From a virus (Duplodnaviria; Caudoviricetes), in the IMG/VR virus record IMGVR_UViG_3300017647_000006, positions 1 to 52,698 of that record: DNA of 52,698 nucleotides. One strand, written 5' to 3'. Shown here one piece after another: positions 45,868 through 52,698 of this stretch (positions are counted from its first letter, which is position 1; each line of letters begins with the position of its first letter). A model generated the notes under the pieces. The model searched no databases. It was not told where the DNA came from and worked only from the letters and a program-made list of their open reading frames with translations. The translations under genes were made by a program, and so were the position numbers.

Positions 45868-47908
45868 TATCGTCGTCAATGGGGCTCCGGTCCCGGTTTA
45901 TCTTGGCGAGAATACGGCGATTTCGGCAATAAAGGCCAGCCAAGCTGCTCAATCGGCCGATGCCGCCGCTGCGAGCGAAGCTGTCGCACTGGCCGCCGCC
46001 GGTCCGAACTATGCCGATACCTCCGACGGCCTCGCTGCGACTAGCGAAGGAGAAACGTTCGCGGTCGAGGATGGCGGGATCGTCACGGTTTATCGCCACG
46101 ACTCCGGGCCTGTTGCTACCGAACTGCGTGTGTTGCCCACCACTGCAGCCCTCGCTTCCACCGACAGCGACAAGGGCGCGGCGCTGGTGGATGCTACCCA
46201 AAATGCTACCGGCGCGGCCACCCGGAACGTCCGCGGAAAGCTTGCGGAAATATGGTCGCCGGCTGATTTCGCGGGCACCGACACCGAGAAACTACAAGCG
46301 TTCTTCGACTACATCGGCGCGAACAACGTCCCGCAAGCCGAGTTGACCGGGGTCTACGAGATCGATGCCCCGGTCACCATCTCGGGTGGCGCCACCAAGT
46401 CCCTGCGCTGCAATCTTGAGATTACCGCGACAGCCGAGATGGACGAGATGATCGTGATCGATGGGATCGACTTCCTCACGATCAATGGGCGCATAAAACT
46501 GCAGGGGACCGGAACGTCGTCGATCGCCTCACGCACAGTGCAACAGGCCATCCGCCTGCACGGCGCAGGTCGGTGTCATATCGACGTGTTGGAAGTGATC
46601 TATTTCCAGAAGTGGGGCATCCTGTCGCCGCGAGACGATGACGAGCAGAACAGCAGCGGCCTCACGGTCGGGAAGATGCGGGCTCAGTTCATCGGCACCT
46701 ACGGAACCAGCGGCGCCACCACTATTACGTCACCTTTCACGTCGAATACACAGAGCGGATCGTCGCAGAGCCTGGGCCAGACTTCGGTGCTTGGCGGCGT
46801 CTCGGTAATCCCCGACGCGCTCGACCCCGATACGCAAGATTTCGTCATCATCAATGACGAGCCCTATCTCGTGACGGCGGTGGACCGCGATGCGCAGACC
46901 GTCACCGTCTATCCGTGGGTACCCAACACGGTCACGTCCGGAGACATGCGGTTCGTCTATGGGTCGCCTGTGGGCCTTTTCAGCTTGAACAGCAACGTGA
47001 CCCGTATCGGTCATCTTACCGCCCTGCAATGCGCTATCGGATGGCACGACAAGTCGCCCTATCCCGGCCTGTTGGACATGGCGATCATTCAGGCCTGCAC
47101 CTTCGGCCTGACGCTCGGCAACGGCACGAATAGCTCTTCGTGGTCGCCGAAGATCATGGGCTATTACGCCGAGCTCAATGAGTTTGATATCGTGCAGACC
47201 TCCAACGTCCTGCACAATGCGTTCCTCGCCGGGCAATATCTTCTTCCGCTGGACAAGTGGTTCAAGCTCGCGCCAAAAACAGCAACCGGCACGGCAGCTT
47301 CGGCATACAAGAGCTACGGCCCAATCTTCTTTACTAATGACGGTGTGCCTCAGTGGAAATACCCGACGCCGGGCGGAAACTTGGGGGCTAGCGCGGCAAC
47401 GCTGAAGTTGGGTGAGTGCGCCAGTCATGATGCGGTGTTCCGAGACAACACCAAGACGATCACGCTTGAGGGCGACACTGCACTTAACGCAGGAACCGGC
47501 GCGACCTATGTCCGCATCGTCCTGCTGGGTTCAGGCTCGAACAAGAACCCGACTGGCAACATCACTCTTCAAGCCGCGACGGTGGGTGGCGTGACCGGCA
47601 AAATCAACGGTGCGGCAAGTGAAGTGTTCGCATCGACCGCGGGGCCATTTGTCCTGCATTGCTATTGGCAGGTAGCGACGAACAACTGGATCGTGACGCA
47701 GGAGGTCATTCCTGCCGCCCCGCTCGCGACCTACACGGCGACGAACGTGACGACGGATCGGAGCTTTGACGCAAACGCGGGCGCACTGACGGCTAGTGCT
47801 GGATATGTGCAGACCGAGGCTCAGCAGGTTTCCAACGCGGTGGCCGAATTGGCCGATGTGCTCGGGACGCTGATCGCAGACCTTCGCGCGCGCGGTATCG
47901 TCCTGTGA
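45851..47908 (+). CDS. Tail spike/fibre (receptor-binding, probable beta-helix)
   Basis: 685 aa, T/S/G/N-rich. GAALV...RNV..KLAE.WSPADF...DTEKLQAFFD is a typical tailspike entry motif. Confidence 0.75.
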   Translation: MAADLNIVVNGAPVPVYLGENTAISAIKASQAAQSADAAAASEAVALAAAGPNYADTSDGLAATSEGETFAVEDGGIVTVYRHDSGPVATELRVLPTTAALASTDSDKGAALVDATQNATGAATRNVRGKLAEIWSPADFAGTDTEKLQAFFDYIGANNVPQAELTGVYEIDAPVTISGGATKSLRCNLEITATAEMDEMIVIDGIDFLTINGRIKLQGTGTSSIASRTVQQAIRLHGAGRCHIDVLEVIYFQKWGILSPRDDDEQNSSGLTVGKMRAQFIGTYGTSGATTITSPFTSNTQSGSSQSLGQTSVLGGVSVIPDALDPDTQDFVIINDEPYLVTAVDRDAQTVTVYPWVPNTVTSGDMRFVYGSPVGLFSLNSNVTRIGHLTALQCAIGWHDKSPYPGLLDMAIIQACTFGLTLGNGTNSSSWSPKIMGYYAELNEFDIVQTSNVLHNAFLAGQYLLPLDKWFKLAPKTATGTAASAYKSYGPIFFTNDGVPQWKYPTPGGNLGASAATLKLGECASHDAVFRDNTKTITLEGDTALNAGTGATYVRIVLLGSGSNKNPTGNITLQAATVGGVTGKINGAASEVFASTAGPFVLHCYWQVATNNWIVTQEVIPAAPLATYTATNVTTDRSFDANAGALTASAGYVQTEAQQVSNAVAELADVLGTLIADLRARGIVL

Positions 47909-47965
47909 CGGAGGCGCGGACCCCGGAATCCCCGATAATGATGCCGATGCAGCAGGGAGGCGACC

Positions 47966-48265
47966 ATGGCCGATGACGGCAACACCGCGCAGACCCGCGT
48001 CATCGCGAACCAGATGTTCGACATATGGGAGGCGCGGCAGGGGAAGAAGCGCGCCAGTTGGCCAGCATGGGCCGGGCTCGGGCTGTCCTGCATCGGCATC
48101 GTCTTCGCAGCTGGTTCGCTGCGCAGCGACGTAGCAACGGCGAATACCCGCATCGACAAGCTCGAACAGCGGGCGGACGCGCAGGACCGCACAGCAACGC
48201 AGGTGAATGACCGGCTAGCCCGCATCGAGACGAAGCTCGACCTTGCATTGGAGAAACGGCGATGA
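47966..48265 (+). CDS. Single-TM coiled-coil protein (lysis-cassette associated)
   Basis: One hydrophobic helix, then LARIETKLD, coupled to the endolysin. Confidence 0.6.
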   Translation: MADDGNTAQTRVIANQMFDIWEARQGKKRASWPAWAGLGLSCIGIVFAAGSLRSDVATANTRIDKLEQRADAQDRTATQVNDRLARIETKLDLALEKRR

Positions 48266-48840
48266 ATATCAAAGGGCTCCAAAAGGCGCTCGACGTCACG
48301 GCAGACGGCATCCCCGGCCCTGCCACCTATACGGCGCTCTTTCGCAAATGCGGGGCGACGATCGATCGCGCGCAGGAAATGGCTATCGCCGCGACCCGCT
48401 GGTTCCCCGAATATGGCGTGATGGACAGCCCGCTTCGGCTGGCGCACTTCCTCGCCCAGCTCATCCATGAAAGCGGCTCTTTCCGATACATGGAGGAAAT
48501 CGCGAGCGGGCAGGCTTACGAGGGCCGAAAAGACCTCGGCAACGTCAACCCGGGCGATGGAAAGCTGTTCAAGGGCCGAGGGCCGATCCAGATAACCGGG
48601 CGAGCCAACTATCGCCGCTATGGCAAGAAGATCGGGATCGACCTCGAGCGCCACCCCGAGATTGCCGCGCTTCCCTCTATCGGTCTGCATCTGGCCCTCG
48701 AATATTGGAAGGCGAACGGCCTCAACACGCTCGCCGACGCCGATAACGTGCTCGGCATTACGAAGCTCATCAATGGCGGCACTAACGGGCTCGCTGACCG
48801 CAAGGCCCATCTGGCGAAGGTTAAGGGGTGGCTGGCATGA
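48262..48840 (+). CDS. Endolysin, glycoside hydrolase family 19, with short PG-binding segment
   Basis: AHFLAQLIHESG, FKGRGPIQITGRANY, TKLINGGTNGLADR. N-terminal LQKALDVTADGIPGPAT. Confidence 0.92.
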   Translation: MNIKGLQKALDVTADGIPGPATYTALFRKCGATIDRAQEMAIAATRWFPEYGVMDSPLRLAHFLAQLIHESGSFRYMEEIASGQAYEGRKDLGNVNPGDGKLFKGRGPIQITGRANYRRYGKKIGIDLERHPEIAALPSIGLHLALEYWKANGLNTLADADNVLGITKLINGGTNGLADRKAHLAKVKGWLA

Positions 48841-48893
48841 AATACCTGATCGACAACGCGGGCCAATGGTGGCGCATGTGGTCGGTGCGGCTA
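48837..48893 (+). pseudogene. Truncated 5' remnant of a holin-like gene
   Basis: MKYLIDNAGQWWRMWSVRL parallels MRPVENWRAAWRFYSVRL at 49550 and is cut off at the HNH stop. Confidence 0.65.
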
Positions 48894-49436
48894 CCCCGAG
48901 CCGTGGTTTGGATGGAAGCCCATCTCAATCTCAGCCGCCTTGCGAGCCGCCACCGCATCGCTGAACGACCTGAACCTGCCGAGCTTAATGTCGGCGCCGT
49001 TCAACTGGATCACCGCGCGCCAAAGCTTCGTTTGCCCTTCTCGGTAAACGCCCGTCACGCCACTCTTGTTGTTGACGCGCCTCTTTTGATTGGAGGCGTT
49101 TCCGGCAAAATCGACATCACGCAGATTTTCGAATCTGTTGTCCCCACGGTCGTGATTGATGTGATCGACAAACTCAGGGTCTTTGCCGGTCATCATTTTC
49201 CACGCCAGCCGATGCGCAAGATAATGTCGGTTGTTGATAGTGATAACGAGATAGCGGTGGCGCGGGTAAATCATCCCGGCTGGCGTTCCGGGATAGCGCC
49301 TGTTCCACACAGAAGCTGCGCGGCCGGTCTTGAACATGGAGGCATTTCGCCGCCGCCACGTAAATTCTCCGGTTTCGGGGTTGTAGTCCAAAATATTGCG
49401 GAGAAACTCCGCGTCGGGCAATGGTTTTGCAGCCAT
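48891..49436 (-). CDS. HNH-AP2 homing endonuclease
   Basis: LDYNPETGEFTW, YLAHRLAW, VDHINHDRGDNRFENLR, NNKSGVTGV...WRA.I......KLGRF....DAVAARKAAE. Confidence 0.9.
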   Translation of the reverse strand: MAAKPLPDAEFLRNILDYNPETGEFTWRRRNASMFKTGRAASVWNRRYPGTPAGMIYPRHRYLVITINNRHYLAHRLAWKMMTGKDPEFVDHINHDRGDNRFENLRDVDFAGNASNQKRRVNNKSGVTGVYREGQTKLWRAVIQLNGADIKLGRFRSFSDAVAARKAAEIEMGFHPNHGSG

Positions 49437-49549
49437 GGTGCGCTCCTATCGCATTGTGGTCAGGGACGGGGCAGCGGGCCAACGCTGTTCCCGTCCCGTT
49501 CCTATCATTTTGCCCCTCTCATTTCAACGGTGGAATGGGGCACAAGATC

Positions 49550-49789
49550 ATGAGACCAGTAGAAAATTGGCGCGCAGCCTGGCGTTTCTACAGTGTCCGC
49601 CTCGCTGCCCTTGCTGGTGTCGTGGCGGGCTATCTCGCCGCCAACCCCGACCAGACCCAAGCATTGCTCGACGTGCTTCCTGATGGCCCCCTGCGCGTTC
49701 TCGCGAGCATCGGAATCGGTGTGTTCGTGTTCGGGCTGGCGACGGGAACGCGGCTTGCTCGGCAGGGCAAGGCCGAGGGAGGGGAGTGA
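49550..49789 (+). CDS. Holin-like membrane protein
   Basis: 79 aa, two hydrophobic helices, charged C-terminus, between endolysin and spanins. Confidence 0.7.
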   Translation: MRPVENWRAAWRFYSVRLAALAGVVAGYLAANPDQTQALLDVLPDGPLRVLASIGIGVFVFGLATGTRLARQGKAEGGE

Positions 49790-50121
49790 TGATCGCCTTC
49801 CTCATCCCCCTCGCAACCCGCATTGTCGGCGAACGCTTCGCCAAGCTCGCGGCGTGGGGGATTGTCGCGCTGATCGCCGCTGCCATCATCGGCGGCGTGG
49901 TCTGGTGGTTCACCGATACCGTCGACGATGCTCGCAGCGATGGCGTGAAGGCGGGCGTCACCGCCGAGCGCGTCGAAGCCCAAGGAAAGGCACTTGAGAA
50001 TGTCCAGACTGCCAACGAAACGCGCGCCGCTGTTCGCGATCAGCGTAGCCGTGCTGCTTATGACGAGTGCCTGCGGTCAGCGCGAAACCCTGCGAATTGC
50101 GAGCGATTTCTGCCTGAATGA
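49786..50121 (+). CDS. Inner-membrane spanin (Rz-like)
   Basis: N-terminal TM helix, helical periplasmic domain with Cys pair. Confidence 0.65.
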   Translation: MMIAFLIPLATRIVGERFAKLAAWGIVALIAAAIIGGVVWWFTDTVDDARSDGVKAGVTAERVEAQGKALENVQTANETRAAVRDQRSRAAYDECLRSARNPANCERFLPE

Positions 50122-50254
50122 TCGCGAGGTCAAATATTCGGTAGCCGCCGAGCCCGGGCAGGATGACCCGGGTAACCAGTTCGACACCGACGAGACGGTC
50201 AAGGACTTGATCGAGCATAATGCCGTCTGGCGGCGGCTGTGCGGGAAAGAATGA
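50000..50254 (+). CDS. Outer-membrane spanin lipoprotein (Rz1-like)
   Basis: Overlaps the Rz-like gene in another frame, lipobox LMTSAC, terminal WRRLCG. Confidence 0.7.
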   Translation: MSRLPTKRAPLFAISVAVLLMTSACGQRETLRIASDFCLNDREVKYSVAAEPGQDDPGNQFDTDETVKDLIEHNAVWRRLCGKE

Positions 50255-50470
50255 CTGGCGGCCGCGACCCTCAGTCGAGTGCTATCGCCGCGACCTGAGG
50301 CTCCTGCTTCTCACGACAGGAGCCGACCAGCCGCCAGCATCATATGTAAACGGGACCGCGCTGGCGAACGGAACTGTCCTCAATTTGGTTATTGTTGTAT
50401 GGGGGGATTGCGCGGCGAGTTAGGACAGGGGGTTCCCGGTCGGCTCGCCGCCATATCGCGTAGCGGTGCA

Positions 50471-50686
50471 TCACTCCCCGTTCAGGATCGCAAGGACTGC
50501 GCGCCCCTTGTCGGTTAAACGCGACGCCGCGACAAGGCCGAGGTCGAACAGTCGGTAGCGCGTTCGCCGGTCCCAGCGCACCCCTGCTAAGATTCCCCAG
50601 CCGTTGCCCGCGCCGACATGAGTGATCGCCCGCCTCTGCGCCTCTGTGAGGCGCCCTGCGATTGTCTCAGTCGGCACATCATGCAT
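50471..50686 (-). CDS. Small winged-helix-like hypothetical protein
   Basis: LTEAQRRAI...LFDLGLV...RLTDKGR. Confidence 0.55.
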   Translation of the reverse strand: MHDVPTETIAGRLTEAQRRAITHVGAGNGWGILAGVRWDRRTRYRLFDLGLVAASRLTDKGRAVLAILNGE

Positions 50687-51098
50687 CGGTCCCTCCTATG
50701 TTGGCGTTCACGTCTTTGTGAGCGAGGGCTTTGCGCGCAGCCTTTGGGATAGCCGCCCTGATATCCTCATCGTCAAAGCGGCAATCGCTGACATTGAAGC
50801 CGCACTCCCCCTTGAGCATCGCCCGCTCGCGAGCGTCGGATTCCGCTTTAGATAGCTTCCCAGCCGGAAGGTAAAGCGCGTTCGAATCCATGATCGGCCC
50901 GTTCGCGATGCGCTTTAGAACGTCGGGCGTGAATTTCTCCGGGTCGCCCTGAAAGTCATGCCGCACGATCGCGCGGCGCCCCATCTCCCCGGCTTCGCTC
51001 GCGCACTGGCGGCACCAATGGACCGCGCCCCACATTCGGATGACGCCGCCGGTCTCGAGGCAGTTGTTGCAGCGCCGGTTCCAGTCGTCATCGGTCAT
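50679..51098 (-). CDS. Hypothetical protein with CxxC pairs
   Basis: CNNC...CRQC, overlap-coupled. Confidence 0.55.
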   Translation of the reverse strand: MTDDDWNRRCNNCLETGGVIRMWGAVHWCRQCASEAGEMGRRAIVRHDFQGDPEKFTPDVLKRIANGPIMDSNALYLPAGKLSKAESDARERAMLKGECGFNVSDCRFDDEDIRAAIPKAARKALAHKDVNANIGGTDA

Positions 51099-51574
51099 CG
51101 CCCTCCCTTCTCGCGTTTGCGGCGCGCGCGGTGTGCACTGTCCCATTCCTTCGACACCATGCCCATACGGTCAGCATCCTCCGGCCAGAGCCCGTTTCCG
51201 CAGTGTGGGCAGGCCGGGACGTGCTTTCGATTGCGCCACAGTTTGTCGATTTTCTTCGCCGCGATCGAGATGAGCGAGAAGGCGCGGGCTTCCTTCGCTT
51301 CGTCGAGCAGGCGCTTGGCCTCCTTCGCCGCCCGGTCGAATTGCTCGACGATTTCCATGAACGCATCGAATGCTTCCACGTCGGTCTCGCAATCCTTGCA
51401 CCAGATACGGCGCTCGCGCGGGTCATAAACGACTTGGCGATGACGACAGGCCGTGAAGGGGCGGCGCGTCATGCCGCGCGCTACGCGGAGGTCGCCAATG
51501 TCGACCACCTTCGGACCGGACAGATATTCCTGCGGTTCGATCGGTGGCGTGCGGGGCGGCGAGTCGTCCATCAT
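51095..51574 (-). CDS. Conserved phage zinc-binding protein
   Basis: CRH...CKDC...CPHC. Confidence 0.7.
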   Translation of the reverse strand: MMDDSPPRTPPIEPQEYLSGPKVVDIGDLRVARGMTRRPFTACRHRQVVYDPRERRIWCKDCETDVEAFDAFMEIVEQFDRAAKEAKRLLDEAKEARAFSLISIAAKKIDKLWRNRKHVPACPHCGNGLWPEDADRMGMVSKEWDSAHRARRKREKGGR

Positions 51575-52203
51575 TTATCCCATCCCATGATCCGGTTGAT
51601 CTCGGCCTCGTCGAGAAAGCCGCCCTCGTGCCGCTTGCGCGCGACCTTGACGACAAAATCCCAGAACCGCTCAAGTTGCCGATGCCGCTTCATCGTCCAG
51701 CCTTCACGCTTCCCGCGGCGGAAATGAGCGTGATAGAGGCGGCGGAGGCGAGAACGCGGCGGGACGTACTTTCGCCAGTGCTCGCCGCATAGATATTGAT
51801 CGGTTGCGAGTCCTGCGTCCCCCGCCTCCCGCGTGCGCTTGCATCCCTCTATCGCGCAGGGGTTGCGGTCAGCGTGCCGCTCGCACCGGATTTGCGACCA
51901 ATCCTTGCTGCCGTACATCGTGACGCCGAAGCCGCCCCGCGTGCCGCAGACGCCGCATCCGGGCGCTGGGACGACCTCAAACTGGTGCGCGACCATGTGC
52001 CAGCCTGGTTGAGAGAGCCATCCTTCCAAACTCGCTCGCGTTAACGCCCAAAATGACACGGCTAGCGGGTTGGGAGTGAGGCGGTAACATATCTCGAGTG
52101 GCGGAATTGGTTCGCCCGCCTTGAAGCCCGCCGACCGGATGCGGCTATCCAGATAGCGGCCGGAGCGATGGCGGATGACAAAGCCCTTGCCGTGCGAAAT
52201 CAT
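51571..52203 (-). CDS. Cys-rich hypothetical phage protein
   Basis: CGVC, CERH, CAIEGC, CGEH, overlap-coupled. Confidence 0.6.
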   Translation of the reverse strand: MISHGKGFVIRHRSGRYLDSRIRSAGFKAGEPIPPLEICYRLTPNPLAVSFWALTRASLEGWLSQPGWHMVAHQFEVVPAPGCGVCGTRGGFGVTMYGSKDWSQIRCERHADRNPCAIEGCKRTREAGDAGLATDQYLCGEHWRKYVPPRSRLRRLYHAHFRRGKREGWTMKRHRQLERFWDFVVKVARKRHEGGFLDEAEINRIMGWDK

Positions 52204-52442
52204 CGCCCCCTCGCCTTCCATTCCGCCGCGTGCCTCGGGCACAGGTCCTTGTCGGGGGCAGGAACGTGCGTGCAGCGGTCGCAGATCGGCGCGTCGCAAG
52301 TGCCCGACTTCTTGGTCTTCACCTTCCAGTCGCACAGAAGCCCGGCGGGGCGGCCGCAGCTCACGCACTTGCGCTTACGCTGGCGAGGTCCGCAGACGAT
52401 GGCGGATCCTCCGCCCGGCAGGTCGACGCGCTGGCAAACCAT
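52200..52442 (-). CDS. Small Cys-rich zinc-finger protein
   Basis: CVSC...LCDW...TCDAPICDRC...LCPRH. Confidence 0.65.
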   Translation of the reverse strand: MVCQRVDLPGGGSAIVCGPRQRKRKCVSCGRPAGLLCDWKVKTKKSGTCDAPICDRCTHVPAPDKDLCPRHAAEWKARGR

Positions 52443-52576
52443 CAGCGCCGACGCTCCGGTGTTGCTCCGGTGAAAGGCCCGGAAAGGCGGGTGATGTTCC
52501 GCGCTTGTTCTCGCGCACATTCAACGCATCCGCACCTGTCGGACGGAAATCTGCGGCTTTTAAGTCCGTCCCCTCT

Positions 52577-52622
52577 CTTCGGGAGGCAGGGGCCGGAGGT
52601 TCGAATCCTCTCTCCCCGACCA
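52577..52622 (+). mobile_element. att core: 3' half of tRNA-Pro(CGG)
   Basis: CTTCGGGAGGCAGGGGCCGGAGGTTCGAATCCTCTCTCCCCGACCA gives the anticodon loop, T arm, 3' acceptor strand and CCA. The 5' half is absent upstream. Confidence 0.85.
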
Positions 52623-52698
52623 GTTCCTTTCGCAATCACTGCTCTTGTAACCTGCGCGCGGAACACCTAGATTGGTGTCACGCCGTTCTGGTTTACCC

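Larger units (their letters stand above)
1..52622. mobile_element. Temperate siphovirus (prophage or linearised phage contig), integrase outside the window
   Basis: Complete lambdoid module order with repressor and tRNA-derived att site. Confidence 0.93.

Noticed and set aside
45851-47908. Diversity-generating retroelement acting on the tail fibre
   Set aside because: No reverse transcriptase in the window and no template/variable repeat pair noticed.
48828-49553. 241-aa + strand ORF after the endolysin
   Set aside because: Only the first ~19 codons look real (holin remnant). The rest is antisense to the HNH-AP2 gene.
52577-52622. Functional tRNA-Pro gene
   Set aside because: The 5' acceptor strand, D arm and 5' anticodon stem are missing. 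It is an att fragment.

Overview
This window is a nearly complete, GC-rich temperate siphovirus genome (HK97-type head, long non-contractile tail). Gene content suggests an alphaproteobacterial, probably sphingomonad, host (inference). Layout: leftward early/recombination operon (1-8181), immunity region with CI/Cro (8.2-11.3 kb), rightward early/replication genes (MT-A70 and C5 methyltransferases, RuvC-like, DnaB, initiator), late control and packaging, head, tail, lysis, a small leftward accessory cluster, and an att core made of the 3' half of tRNA-Pro(CGG) at about 52.6 kb. No integrase lies in the window. The standout feature is a ~2 kb cassette inserted right after the portal gene. It has a divergent ribbon-helix-helix regulator, a stand-alone Cas7/RAMP-like gene, a partner gene, and a ~400-nt non-coding array of GGY-NN pentamers cut by GGCA tetramers into seven units. 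This is a candidate phage-encoded RNA-guided system without CRISPR repeats or spacers. Other points of interest are a tRNA-like RNA with a remodelled anticodon region, a phage acyl carrier protein, a glycosyltransferase/methyltransferase/PRT cluster among the head genes, a Hint domain on the tail-tip protein, and HNH insertions that leave duplicated gene starts. All family calls come from motif recognition by eye, not database searches.
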